Origin: a virus | Taxonomy: Duplodnaviria; Caudoviricetes | IMG/VR virus record: IMGVR_UViG_3300050161_000160 | Location: 1-39,371 of that record | Direction: 5' to 3' (one strand) | DNA length: 39,371 nt | Shown here: in pieces, positions 1 through 9,118 of the stretch | How positions within the stretch are numbered: position 1 is the stretch's first letter | Layout: each line of letters opens with the position of its first letter | The notes under the pieces: model-generated | Database searches by the model: none | Told to the model about the DNA's origin: nothing | What the model saw: only the letters and a program-made list of their open reading frames with translations | Made by a program: the position numbers and the translations under genes

Positions 1-198
1 GGCCTGGGCGGAAGCCAGGGCCGCGGCGTCGGCCGAGCTCTTGGCGATGAGGCGGGCCGCGGAATCGCTCAGGAGCGAGAGGGCGGCGGCGGTCTTTGCA
101 AGGTCGGCCATAAAGCGCAATTCCTCAAGTTGTTTGGGCAGGACGATGGCCCCGGTAGCCACGGCCCAAGCGTAGCGAAGCCGGGAAAACAGGCTCAC
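1..198 (-). CDS. Hypothetical protein, 5' part only (runs off the left edge); possibly lysis region
   Basis: Not in the ORF track. GTG at 198 overlaps the TGA of the upstream gene (GTGA). Reads MSLFSRLRYAWAVATGAIVLPKQLEELRFMADLAKTAAALSLL... open to position 1. An alternative in-frame ATG at 111 has GAGGA upstream. Confidence 0.6.
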   Translation of the reverse strand, partial: MSLFSRLRYAWAVATGAIVLPKQLEELRFMADLAKTAAALSLLSDSAARLIAKSSADAAALASAQA

Positions 199-512
199 TT
201 GTGAAACCATTGCACGGCCTGGCTCACCACGAAGCCGATGGCCCCGCCGATGAGCGAGAGCGTGCCAAAGAGGATCGCGGCCGCCCGCCAGAATGAATCA
301 TGCTGGCTTTTGAGGACGGCCATATCCGTGGCCAACTGGGTGAATTGCGCGCTGAGGGCGGCGTGCTGGGTGTCCACCTTCGCCTCCAGGCGCGTTTGCG
401 CTTCCGCGCGCTCCTGAGCGTGGGCTTCCATGCTCCGTAGTCTCTCTTCCACCAAAATGAGCGCCCTCACTGCCGGGTCAACCGGCAAGCCAAGAGTAGA
501 GGGATCAGTCAT
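195..512 (-). CDS. Coiled-coil protein with C-terminal transmembrane helix (XhlA/holin-like candidate)
   Basis: ATG at 512 (MTDPST...). Helical body followed by hydrophobic AAAILFGTLSLIGGAIGFVV. Lies downstream of the tail fibre, where lysis genes often sit. Confidence 0.55.
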   Translation of the reverse strand: MTDPSTLGLPVDPAVRALILVEERLRSMEAHAQERAEAQTRLEAKVDTQHAALSAQFTQLATDMAVLKSQHDSFWRAAAILFGTLSLIGGAIGFVVSQAVQWFHK

Positions 513-530
513 GGCGCGCAATCCTACAGA

Positions 531-830
531 TTAGCTTTTAGCTTTTGAACGCGAGGGACGGAGGGCTTCCAGCTTTGCGGCCAGCTCCTCCATACGAGAG
601 TGAAACGCTTCGCGGGCGGTCCGGGTTTCCTCCAGCTCGGCCTGGAGCGCCTGGTTAGCCATCCGCTCTTGCGTCACGAGCTGGCGCAAGCCCTCGTTTT
701 CGCGGTAAAGGTCGTTCGCCATGCGGCGGAACCGGATAGCCTCCATGCGGGCGGTGCCTAGCTCCTGGGCCACCTCCTGGTGCGCTCGGTCGCTCCAAGG
801 GTCCATTCCCTCGCCATCTTGCATTGCCAT
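531..830 (-). CDS. Hypothetical coiled-coil protein (99 aa)
   Basis: Start reassigned to ATG 830 (MAMQDGEG...), preceded by AGAAAGGGAG. The longer ORF-track start overlaps the fibre gene. E/Q/R/L-rich heptads. Confidence 0.7.
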   Translation of the reverse strand: MAMQDGEGMDPWSDRAHQEVAQELGTARMEAIRFRRMANDLYRENEGLRQLVTQERMANQALQAELEETRTAREAFHSRMEELAAKLEALRPSRSKAKS

Positions 831-849
831 AGTTGAGCTCCCTTTCTGC

Positions 850-1713
850 TCAGTATCCGATAGCCAGCACGGAGCACGGGAAGCCGGAAATTCCCCCCGT
901 GCTGGCCTTAGTTGCCCCAAAATACGTGGAGTTGTCGATTGGATACGCGAAGGCGTTATCCACGTTTGTGCCTTGGGAATTGTTGTTGGTCGCATAGACC
1001 TTGTAAACGCCATTGACGAAAGGCACCGGATAGGAGTGCGCGCCAGGACTGTTGAAGCCGCAGAGCTGCACCCGCACCGGGCCAATATCGAACGCCTGGC
1101 CCACGCCGTTGCTGGTGACTTGGAAGAGCTGGCGGAGCACCAGGGGCGTGATGAAGTCCGTGTCATTAACGCCCGCTTGGGCGGCCGCCAGGGTCGCTTT
1201 GACCGGCACCACGTTGCCCAGCGAATAGGCCAGGCCGTGGGGCGTCACGTACTTGGCGTCATCCGTGCCGGTGAGGCATTCGGCATCACTGGCTTTGGTC
1301 GGCCCCACACGCACCCAGCCCGCGGCGCCGCCCCCGTCCGGGTCGGTCAAATTGCCGTCCACGGTGTTGAGCCACACCACGCCGGGGCTCGAAACGGATT
1401 GCAGCGTGGCCAGCTTGGGGTAGCCGCCCACCGCGGAGCAAAAGGTGGAATTGTAGGTGGAGGGCCCGCCGGCGGCTTGCCAGCGGCTCCACTTCGTGAC
1501 GTAGTTGAGGATGCCATTGACATCCTCGCCGTTGACGTAGGCGCCGCCGCCGCTGAGGGGCTGGAAGGTGTCCGGCGGGAAGCCGTCCGTGAAGCTGGCC
1601 GCGCCGTCCGTGATGCCAATTTGGCTGGGCACCGGCACGGGCCGGATGTAGCCGGAGCCGGCGGCATTGGCGAAGGGAATGGCCACGCGGGCGGGGATGT
1701 CGCTTAGAAACAT
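850..1713 (-). CDS. Tail fibre protein (short, 287 aa)
   Basis: ATG at 1713 directly after the DUF2612 stop. N-terminal IPFA...GAASFTDGFPP..T...GG...G.DVNGIL baseplate-anchor motif. Two KA(S/T)xAxxxxGxxDxxxxTP repeats. C-terminal YPVPF...AIGY domain. Confidence 0.8.
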   Translation of the reverse strand: MFLSDIPARVAIPFANAAGSGYIRPVPVPSQIGITDGAASFTDGFPPDTFQPLSGGGAYVNGEDVNGILNYVTKWSRWQAAGGPSTYNSTFCSAVGGYPKLATLQSVSSPGVVWLNTVDGNLTDPDGGGAAGWVRVGPTKASDAECLTGTDDAKYVTPHGLAYSLGNVVPVKATLAAAQAGVNDTDFITPLVLRQLFQVTSNGVGQAFDIGPVRVQLCGFNSPGAHSYPVPFVNGVYKVYATNNNSQGTNVDNAFAYPIDNSTYFGATKASTGGISGFPCSVLAIGY

Positions 1714-1714
1714 A

Positions 1715-2365
1715 TTACACGTCCACCACGATAGAGACGGCCACGCCGGTGGGCTTCGGCAAAAGCCCTTCCTGGCTGGCGATAGCATAGTCCACCGGGG
1801 AAAGGGGAGCCCCGAAATGGTATTCCATAGTCATGTCCCCATTATCCTTGACATAGCAATTTCCATAACCGGGAAAGAGCGCCATGAGGATACGATTGAT
1901 GGACTGGCTTGAACCGTCGCAAATGTTGGCGCGGGCCTTGGCTTCGATCACGCGGCGGAAAATCGGGTCCGCCAGGGCCACGTTATTGGTCGCTGAGGCG
2001 CCCTTATACCAAACGCCATGCCCCCAGTTTTGCGCCGTGGTCTGGCCCTCAAAGCCAATGAAGGTCCCACCGGCCGGGATATTGATGATGCGGGAGGCGC
2101 CCACGATGCGGCCGAGCACGTCCAGGCCCCAGCCCTCCGCGGTGTCCAGGTCCCACACCTTGCGGAAAAAGTCGTCAAAGAGCCGCCCCGCGTCCAGCCA
2201 CTCCGCGAACTTGAGCACCACGGCCAGGAGCACCGGGGAGTTGGCATACTGGGAAATAACCGTGGCCAGCACGTCGAATGCCGGAACGCCAGGCGCCGGC
2301 GCGGGCGTCGTGATAGGGTTGGCGGCGATGGCCTCCGCGGCGATGGGGAAGCGAGCGAGGCTCAC
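1715..2365 (-). CDS. Baseplate wedge protein, DUF2612 family
   Basis: TVISQYANSP...WDLDTAEGWGLDVLGRIVG...LPKPTGV motifs; follows baseplate J. Confidence 0.85.
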   Translation of the reverse strand: MSLARFPIAAEAIAANPITTPAPAPGVPAFDVLATVISQYANSPVLLAVVLKFAEWLDAGRLFDDFFRKVWDLDTAEGWGLDVLGRIVGASRIINIPAGGTFIGFEGQTTAQNWGHGVWYKGASATNNVALADPIFRRVIEAKARANICDGSSQSINRILMALFPGYGNCYVKDNGDMTMEYHFGAPLSPVDYAIASQEGLLPKPTGVAVSIVVDV

Positions 2366-3582
2366 ACCAGGTCAACCGTGATGTCCGGGGTGGAGATGCC
2401 CGGGAGCTGGTTAATGTCAATGTCCAGGAAGGGCTGGTCCACGGTGCCCCCGGAGAGCCCCAGCTCAATGCTGGCGATTTGGGCCCAGGAGCCCAGGCTG
2501 GAAATGGGCGCATAGAACCGATTGCCGTAAAGCCGGGCGCCGATTTTGGGGCGGCCGTTACCGCTGGCATCCGTGCCGGCAAAGACAGTCTGGACCGCCG
2601 CGCGCACCTGGGCCACCACGTCCGCGGGCACCTGGCTGTTGTTGGCGAGCGTCACCTTGACGGCCACGGCCAGGAGGTCGGCCCGGTCGAATTTGACGGT
2701 ATAGGAGGGGTACGGGAGCGAATAGCCGCCCTCCGTGTCTTCCACCGTCACGGAGGTGCCGCCGGTGTAGGCACAACCGGGGGCCTTCCGGCTCCAAATG
2801 GCCTTGGCCACGTTGGCGTCCGTGCCGCCGTAAACCGCGATATAGAGCGAATGGGCGGCCAGGGTGACGCCCCCGCGGGTGACTGGGGCGCCGGTGTCGT
2901 TTTCCGTCACGTAGCAGTCAATCACGCCCGGCACGTCGCGCACAACCGCCTTCACCGCGTCCAGGATGCCGTCCGCGTTGCGGGCCACTGATTCCTTGCG
3001 CCGGGCCTCAAAAGCGGTCGGGCTTTCCACCGCGTTGCCTATGACGCCATCGGCCGCGTTCGTGATGGTGTCCCACCCCGGGATGGCCTGGTAGATGCTG
3101 TTGAGGAAGCCGGCCGGGCACGCCACGGGGCCGGGCGTCACGTTGGCGAATTCCAAGTCCAGCGAGCCGCCGGCGGGAATGGTGCCGGTGCTCACGGCCG
3201 CGTAAACGTCATTGCCGGCCGTGCGGGCGAGCGCACCCGCCTGGATGACCGTCCCCACCGCGCCCGTAAGCGTGGCCACCACGGTGGTGGGCGCAGCGGG
3301 GATACGCTCCTGAAAGGACAGGCGGCCGATGGCATCTTGCATCCGTCCGCTCGAATACGCGGGGTCCACCCGCTGGGTGAAGCTCACGAAGAGGTCCTGG
3401 AAGAACTTCACGCACTCCGTGAAGCTCACCCCCAACTGGCCTTGCGGCTCGGCCGGGTCCAGGTTGAGGCCGCCGCCAAAGGCCAAATCCAGGTCCGCCA
3501 TGACACCGGCGAAAATCTCTTCGCTGGAGGCCGCCTGGAAGCCCTGGTCCGTGAAGGTGGGAAAGGGAATGCTCGTTGTCAT
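2362..3582 (-). CDS. Baseplate J-like (gp47-like) protein
   Basis: PQGQL, DPAYSSGRMQDAIG, G...ES..AFEARR, V..VPGV.D.YV.EN motifs; 406 aa; synteny. Confidence 0.9.
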   Translation of the reverse strand: MTTSIPFPTFTDQGFQAASSEEIFAGVMADLDLAFGGGLNLDPAEPQGQLGVSFTECVKFFQDLFVSFTQRVDPAYSSGRMQDAIGRLSFQERIPAAPTTVVATLTGAVGTVIQAGALARTAGNDVYAAVSTGTIPAGGSLDLEFANVTPGPVACPAGFLNSIYQAIPGWDTITNAADGVIGNAVESPTAFEARRKESVARNADGILDAVKAVVRDVPGVIDCYVTENDTGAPVTRGGVTLAAHSLYIAVYGGTDANVAKAIWSRKAPGCAYTGGTSVTVEDTEGGYSLPYPSYTVKFDRADLLAVAVKVTLANNSQVPADVVAQVRAAVQTVFAGTDASGNGRPKIGARLYGNRFYAPISSLGSWAQIASIELGLSGGTVDQPFLDIDINQLPGISTPDITVDLV

Positions 3583-3583
3583 A

Positions 3584-3931
3584 TCAGATGCTCACCAGGA
3601 GGACGCCAAAGGTTGTTTGGACCTGGACCTGGCCGGTTATGCTCCGGTCGGTCACGTCATCCAAATAGACGGTGGCGGAGGTGACGCCCGGCACGGTGAG
3701 GGCCGCCGCGGCCAGGTCGTCCTTGATAAGGGGGAGGGGGTAGTTGTTCTGGAAGACATCCGGCCAGTAGGGCACGCCCCGGGTGGTGTCATAGAGGAGC
3801 TCACCCAGGAAGAGCCGGCACGCGCTGGCCACGGATTGCACGATGGCGTAGGGGTCGCCCGCAAGCGCGATATTGCCGCGCGCGTCCAGGCATAGGTCCC
3901 AGGCGTCAACGTCAAGCAAGAGGGTGTTCAT
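3584..3931 (-). CDS. Baseplate wedge / sheath initiator (gp25-like)
   Basis: LLLD...WDL.LDA.GNIA...Q.VASACRLFLGE..YDTTRGVPY; position between spike and J. Confidence 0.8.
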   Translation of the reverse strand: MNTLLLDVDAWDLCLDARGNIALAGDPYAIVQSVASACRLFLGELLYDTTRGVPYWPDVFQNNYPLPLIKDDLAAAALTVPGVTSATVYLDDVTDRSITGQVQVQTTFGVLLVSI

Positions 3932-4551
3932 GCCACGGGGCCCCCGCTAGTCCCGCCCCCAGTTTGCACGCCGGCGTGGCGGTGCGTGCTGAGCGCGATG
4001 TCTCCGGCCTTCACTTCGCCGTCCGCCGTAATATCCCCAGTCACGTCCACATTGCCAATGATTTTCACGGTGGGGGCTTTGAGCTCTATGTCCCCCTCGC
4101 TGGTGAAGCGTACCCAGGCGGTGGGCGCCGCGTTGAGCACGCCCCCGATGTAAAGCGCGTCCGCCCAGTCAAAGCGGCGCTTGGAGCCGGGCAGGGCCGG
4201 GGCCTTGGTCGCCTTCACCTTGGATATGTCGCGGGCCGCGAAAACCGCGATGCCGATGTCCCCCACCTGGGGGTCCAGGATCACGGCATATGGGCCGCCC
4301 TGGAGCCGGAGATACGGCACGTTGTGGATGGTGCCGTGGTCCACGCCCTTGCCCGCGCCGTCCACCTGGTGGACCAGGGGCACCACGTCGATAAAGCCGG
4401 CCGGGGCCGCCTCGCCGGCGCTGGTGACGGCCACCACGCGCACGAGCTCCACCGTGGCCTTGCGCCCTACGATTTGATTCACCACGAAGCTGAGCTGGGC
4501 GAAGTCGTCCCCGTAGTCCTTGGCGCTGGCGTTGCCGGTCCGGTCCGTCAC
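3928..4551 (-). CDS. Baseplate central spike (Gp138-like)
   Basis: GTG at 4551 overlaps the upstream TGA. NVPYLRLQGG..AVILDPQVGDIG...RDIS OB-fold motif. C-terminal HRH metal-binding apex (LSTHRHAGVQTGGG). Confidence 0.85.
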   Translation of the reverse strand: MTDRTGNASAKDYGDDFAQLSFVVNQIVGRKATVELVRVVAVTSAGEAAPAGFIDVVPLVHQVDGAGKGVDHGTIHNVPYLRLQGGPYAVILDPQVGDIGIAVFAARDISKVKATKAPALPGSKRRFDWADALYIGGVLNAAPTAWVRFTSEGDIELKAPTVKIIGNVDVTGDITADGEVKAGDIALSTHRHAGVQTGGGTSGGPVA

Positions 4552-5447
4552 TGGAAAGCCTCCACCTGGTCGCCTTGCCCCGTGAATTTCTGGCACTCCA
4601 TATGCGAGTACCAACGGCCGTCCGGCACCTCGCTCTCCAGGTCGTGCTGGACGTGGAACGGATACCAAACCCCATTGGCCGGCTCGCTCTTGCTCTGGAC
4701 GTTCACCGGGCCGTTGACGCGCACGGAGGGATTGAAGAGCGTTGTGAGCATGACGCCCCGGTCATTGTAGGAGGGGAAGCCCACCAGGCCGGTTTCTGAG
4801 GAGATTTGCACCGCGGCCGTGTCCCGGGCTTTACCGCGTGGCCAGATAGCCAGGACGCCCTCCTCATCGGTCGCGTATTCAAAATCGGCTTGCTCGGCCA
4901 GGGCGCGAAGCTGGTGCAGCGCGTCCCCCGGGAGGTACGGGTTGTCAAGCTGGGCCGTCACCCCCGAATTGTGGAGCGTGAGCGGCGGCGTGAGTTGCTG
5001 GGCGATGGAGCTGGCCACGGTGGCGGCATCCACGGTGCCCTTGAAGCTGGTGGGCGCCACGCTGGCGTAGGCGCTCCCCAGGCTGGAAAAGGCGCTGGCG
5101 ATGAAAACCGCTTCGGGCTGGCCGCTAAAGTCCGCCCAGGCGAAGTGGACTTGGCCGTTGAAGATGAGCGCCATGTTGTCGCCGTCGCCGGCGGTCACTT
5201 GCATATAGTTTCGGATGCCCTGGGTGTAGCCGTTCTGGAGGATGGTTAGGCGGTTCATCACGCCCAACGGCACGCCGAATATCTCCAGGTCGCATTGGTC
5301 CAGGGAGGTGGACTGGTTGTTGACGATGGAGCAATGCACGCGGAGCCCTTTGAGGTCCACGGTGTTGGTCCCGCCGTCAAAGGTCCCGCTGGCCGCGTCC
5401 AGGACGAACCGGACGTTTACCTTACGTTTGACAAAGGGGCCGCTCAT
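4548..5447 (-). CDS. Baseplate hub protein
   Basis: 299 aa; IS.ETGLVGFP, L.NP.....GPV.VQS....ANG.W......HDLES motifs; directly upstream of the spike. Confidence 0.8.
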   Translation of the reverse strand: MSGPFVKRKVNVRFVLDAASGTFDGGTNTVDLKGLRVHCSIVNNQSTSLDQCDLEIFGVPLGVMNRLTILQNGYTQGIRNYMQVTAGDGDNMALIFNGQVHFAWADFSGQPEAVFIASAFSSLGSAYASVAPTSFKGTVDAATVASSIAQQLTPPLTLHNSGVTAQLDNPYLPGDALHQLRALAEQADFEYATDEEGVLAIWPRGKARDTAAVQISSETGLVGFPSYNDRGVMLTTLFNPSVRVNGPVNVQSKSEPANGVWYPFHVQHDLESEVPDGRWYSHMECQKFTGQGDQVEAFQ

Positions 5448-5746
5448 AGGTCGGCCTGGTAGAGGAGCACGTAGCGGGAGCCCAGCGCGGAGTAATTCGG
5501 ATCATCCACGCCCTGGGTGTCGAAGAAATACAAGTCCCCAGTGAACTTGAGGTATTTGTCCCGTACCATTTTGTTCATGTTGAACGCCTGGACGCCCGCA
5601 AAGACCAAAGCGTTATTCACGTAAAGGTCCAGGAAAAGCCCAAAGCGGCGTTGGTAAACGCGCAAGGTGCAATTTTGCGAGCCCAGGAACGCCTGGACGG
5701 TTTGGTCCGGGATGGCCTGGAGCGGGATGAGGACAGGCGCGCTCAT
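5444..5746 (-). CDS. Baseplate plug-like protein
   Basis: IPLQAIPDQ...L..Q...F.GDLYFFDTQG..DP.Y..LGSRY.L.Y; synteny. Confidence 0.75.
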   Translation of the reverse strand: MSAPVLIPLQAIPDQTVQAFLGSQNCTLRVYQRRFGLFLDLYVNNALVFAGVQAFNMNKMVRDKYLKFTGDLYFFDTQGVDDPNYSALGSRYVLLYQADL

Positions 5747-6384
5747 TGCGGGGCTCCGGCGGGGGTCTGGCTGGCGGAGGGCGTCCGCACCTGGACCGCG
5801 CCCCCGTTCACGTTGCTGGCGGCCGTGGGGTCTGCCACGGTGGTGAAAGCTGCCTTGGCGCTGGTCCGCACTTCCAGGAACGCCAGGCGCACGGTGAGCA
5901 TGGCCGCGCCGGCCTCCGCGCTCCGGTGCTGGTCGAAGTGCACCAGGTTCATATTCCGATAGGTCCGGCCTGGCGTTACCACGGTGAGGAGCTCCGTGGA
6001 CGCGGCATAATCGGAAACGGTCTTCAGGAAGGCGGTTTTGGCCGGGTCGTTCCCTGCCTTGAGCAATGCCAGGCGAAGGTCCGCCGGGAGCTCCACCTTG
6101 TTGTAGCTCTGGAAGCCCCCGCTTTCCACCGGGTAGCGCGGGATGTTGAAGTCCTTGCTATCGTCCAGGTCCTTGAAGCTGTCCGGGGCAATCGCCACCG
6201 CGCCCTTGGCCGTGTAGATGGCCCAGCGCGGCGGGGTCTTTTTGTTGACGTTGGCGCCGTCCGATTTTTTCGCCACCACAACAATGTCCGGCCCAGTCGA
6301 GGGCGGCAAGCCGGTGCCGTCCACCGGCTTGACGGGCGGCACGCCGGCGGCGTTGGGCACGGTGGGGGTGGAGGGGTTTGCCAT
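5743..6384 (-). CDS. Tail tube initiator / Dit-like baseplate protein
   Basis: YPVESGGFQSYNKVELP and VVTPGRTYRNM motifs; follows the tape measure gene. Confidence 0.75.
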   Translation of the reverse strand: MANPSTPTVPNAAGVPPVKPVDGTGLPPSTGPDIVVVAKKSDGANVNKKTPPRWAIYTAKGAVAIAPDSFKDLDDSKDFNIPRYPVESGGFQSYNKVELPADLRLALLKAGNDPAKTAFLKTVSDYAASTELLTVVTPGRTYRNMNLVHFDQHRSAEAGAAMLTVRLAFLEVRTSAKAAFTTVADPTAASNVNGGAVQVRTPSASQTPAGAPQ

Positions 6385-8046
6385 TTATCCAACTCCCCCC
6401 ACCACATTGGCCACGTGGGCGCGGCCTTCCTGGGCTCGCTTTACGGCCGAAGCCGCCGCCTTGGCAACCGCGTGCGGCTGAGCGTTCCCCGGCGCGTGCA
6501 CCGTGACATTGATATTCGTGGTGCCCCCGTGGCCAGCTCCGGCCGCCGCGCGCTTCGCCTCGGCCGCGGTCGCATAGCGCCCCAGGGTGGGCAGGAAGCG
6601 GCCATGGTAGCCCTCGTGCCGCGCCATGGCCTGGGCCACCCTGGCGGCGTCCTGGGGCCCCAGGCGTTGGTAGCGGCCTATCCCGGTGGCTTTCTCCACG
6701 GAGGCGATATAGGCGCCCACGTTGTTCTCATGGCCCGGGGCGTATTTAGCGATGATGGACGCAATGGTGTTGCGCCCCTGGGCCATATACCCCTGGATGA
6801 GCTTGGTTTGCGCGGCCGCGCCGTGCTCCGGGGTGGCGAAGCGCGCGAAGCGGCCGTCCCCGCCCTGGTAGCCCGCCTGGCGCCGCGCGAAGGGACCGTC
6901 CTCAATGTTGCCCGGGTTGTTGTTGCGGTCGGCCCTGGTCGCCTTGCCAGGCACCGCCCCGCCGCCGGTCCACACCGGGCCGGTTAGGAGGTTGGTTTTG
7001 GGGTCGTAAACGTCATCCCCCGGCCGCGGGCCGGAGCCCTTGCCGTCGCCCAGGAGGAAGTCCGGCGGCCGAGACGCGAAGGTGGAAGCATAGGCATCAT
7101 AGGTGCTTTTGGAAATGATGCCGCTATCCGCCAGCGTTGCCACCAGGGTGTCTAGCGGGTGGCCCAGCTCCCAAAGGCCGAGCGTGAAAATGCGGAGCTT
7201 TTCGCCCATGGTGTCCGTGCGGCCGCTCACCAGGTCCAGGAGGTCGGCCAGGACGCCCATGGTGTTGGTAAGGGGCCCGCGCGCCAGGCCGGCCATGGCC
7301 TTTTGGAGGTGCGTGAGCTCCCGGTTAAATTCCTGGGCGGCGTCCGCGTCGGCCTTGGTCACGCGGTCCTGCTCTTTGTAGAGCGCAATTTGGCGCTCCA
7401 GAGAGGGCCGGCCCTTTTCGATCATCAGAATCATTTCATCGCTCAGGCCCAGGAATTCCTTGAGGCGCTGGCGGAAGGTGGCCTGGGTGCGGTTCGCGTC
7501 CTCCGGGCTCTTGGCCTTGGCCATCTCCGTTTGGAACTGGTCCGCCAGGTGCAGGAGGAGCCCTTCCGGGTCGTCAAACGCCTTGCGGTCCCGAATGCCG
7601 AGCTGCCCCATGAGGGGCATATTGAGGTTTTCCGGGTGGCGGATGAAGTCCGCCTGGATGTCCTTGATTTTGCCAAAAACCGCGATGGCCTCACCCGCGT
7701 TACCGCCGGCGGCCTGGATGGCGTCACCCCAGGCATTTATGGAGTTGGCGCTCTGCCCGAATACCGCGCCCGCACGGCCCACCGCGGCCGTGTTGTTTAT
7801 GGTGCTGGTGAGGAACTGGGTGATGCTCCGCGCGCCGGCGAAGGCCAGGAAAAGCCCGATAACCTCCCCGCGGACCTTGGAAAACGCCATGCCCATTTTC
7901 TTGGCGGCATCCTCGGCCTCGCCGCCGCGCTTCCGGGCCGCGTCGGACGTATCCTTCAGGCCCTTGTCAACGTCCTCCCGGCCTTTCTTGAAGCCCTTCG
8001 TATCCAGGCCGAGCTCAACCAGCAAAGAGTCAATTATCGTCGGCAT
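6385..8046 (-). CDS. Tape measure protein with C-terminal lysozyme-like (RNNNPGNI) domain
   Basis: MPTIIDSLLVELGLD start; Ala/Gly-rich helical body; RNNNPGNI...FARFATPEHG...TIASIIAKYAP..ENN..AY...MARHEG cell-wall-hydrolase-like domain. Confidence 0.85.
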   Translation of the reverse strand: MPTIIDSLLVELGLDTKGFKKGREDVDKGLKDTSDAARKRGGEAEDAAKKMGMAFSKVRGEVIGLFLAFAGARSITQFLTSTINNTAAVGRAGAVFGQSANSINAWGDAIQAAGGNAGEAIAVFGKIKDIQADFIRHPENLNMPLMGQLGIRDRKAFDDPEGLLLHLADQFQTEMAKAKSPEDANRTQATFRQRLKEFLGLSDEMILMIEKGRPSLERQIALYKEQDRVTKADADAAQEFNRELTHLQKAMAGLARGPLTNTMGVLADLLDLVSGRTDTMGEKLRIFTLGLWELGHPLDTLVATLADSGIISKSTYDAYASTFASRPPDFLLGDGKGSGPRPGDDVYDPKTNLLTGPVWTGGGAVPGKATRADRNNNPGNIEDGPFARRQAGYQGGDGRFARFATPEHGAAAQTKLIQGYMAQGRNTIASIIAKYAPGHENNVGAYIASVEKATGIGRYQRLGPQDAARVAQAMARHEGYHGRFLPTLGRYATAAEAKRAAAGAGHGGTTNINVTVHAPGNAQPHAVAKAAASAVKRAQEGRAHVANVVGGVG

Positions 8047-8272
8047 TGGCCTTGTGCGCCCTTCGCTCGTTTTCGGCGCTCACCATGACAATTTCCGCCA
8101 GGTTGTGCGCGTCCTCCAGGCTGTAAATCGTCTGTAGCTCGTGCAACGTGGCCAACCTGGCATTGGCCACGAAGGCGATTATTTCCGGGACGTTCTTGAG
8201 CGGGGCGGGCTCGAATTCCGCGCCGCCACCGCCGCCTTCAATTTCGAGAGCGTGGCGGCCACGGAAAAACCC
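8030..8272 (-). CDS. Tail assembly chaperone C-terminal extension (gpGT-like), expressed by -1 frameshift
   Basis: Not in the ORF track. Slippery G GGT TTT at 8272-8266. The -1 frame is open to TGA at 8032-8030 and reads ...NVPEIIAFVANARLATLHELQTIYSLEDAHNLAEIVMVSAENERRA. Confidence 0.8.
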   Translation of the reverse strand, partial: GFFRGRHALEIEGGGGGAEFEPAPLKNVPEIIAFVANARLATLHELQTIYSLEDAHNLAEIVMVSAENERRAHKANADDN

Positions 8273-8667
8273 ACGTGAAGCTCCAGGACCTTATCCCGCA
8301 ACCACGTGCGCGTGGCCCATTCCTCAATATCCTCCCCGGACGGGAGCAAGCGCCGGACGGTGGTTTCCCCGCCGTCCGTGGTGCCGAGCACCTCCACGCA
8401 CGCCATCATCTCCTCCAGGAGGGGGCGCACGTCCTGAAAATCCGCTTTCAGGAGGGCAGGGAGCCCCAGGGCGAAGATGAGGAGCATATTGCCCCCCAGC
8501 ATCTCCGGGATGGCCTCCGGGGCCAGCTCCACGCCCGCCCGCGCCATGGCCGAGAGGGCGCGGACGCCCCACTCTTCCGCCTGGGCCGCGGGCATCTCCG
8601 TGATGCGAAACCGCTTGCCGTTATCGCGGCCCTCGGCCGCCACGGTCACGTCAATGGTTTTCCGCAT
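8179..8667 (-). CDS. Tail assembly chaperone (gpG-like)
   Basis: GRDNGK.F.ITEMPA.QAEEW..RAL...DIEE..TR..LR..VLELH motif; between tube and tape measure. Confidence 0.85.
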   Translation of the reverse strand: MRKTIDVTVAAEGRDNGKRFRITEMPAAQAEEWGVRALSAMARAGVELAPEAIPEMLGGNMLLIFALGLPALLKADFQDVRPLLEEMMACVEVLGTTDGGETTVRRLLPSGEDIEEWATRTWLRDKVLELHVGFSVAATLSKLKAAVAARNSSPPRSRTSRK

Positions 8668-8670
8668 GAA

Positions 8671-9117
8671 TTAGAACCCCAGGTAGGCCGCCGGCTCCAC
8701 GTAATTCCACACAATGGAGAATTTCCGGGGCTGGAGAATGCGCTTGGCGCCGGGCGTGGGCGAGTAGCCGCGGAGCGTGCCGCGCACCATGTTGTATTGG
8801 CGCTGGACGCTCGGATAGATCACGGTGCCCGAAGCGATGAGGTTTTCCCGCGCCTGTTGCTGGGCGGCATACCAGTCTTCAAAGAGCTGGACCGAATCGC
8901 TGTCCGCCTGGAGGACGATGGTTTGCACCAGCTCCTTGGGAATCCAGCCGGTCGAGAGGATGCCGTCCACGCCCATGACGGTTTCCGCGGTGTCCACGTC
9001 ATCGAAGTTGAAGGCTTCGTCATTGGCGAAACCCTGGATTTGCTGAGGGACCGTGTAGAGGCCCGCCACGCTGATCTGGAGGACGGCATTTGCCGCCGTA
9101 AGGGTCTTGGCAACCAT
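8671..9117 (-). CDS. Tail tube protein
   Basis: 148 aa; QQIQGFA.D.AF....D.AE..MGVDG.LS.G...LQADSDS; follows the sheath. Confidence 0.85.
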   Translation of the reverse strand: MVAKTLTAANAVLQISVAGLYTVPQQIQGFANDEAFNFDDVDTAETVMGVDGILSTGWIPKELVQTIVLQADSDSVQLFEDWYAAQQQARENLIASGTVIYPSVQRQYNMVRGTLRGYSPTPGAKRILQPRKFSIVWNYVEPAAYLGF

Positions 9118-9118
9118 G

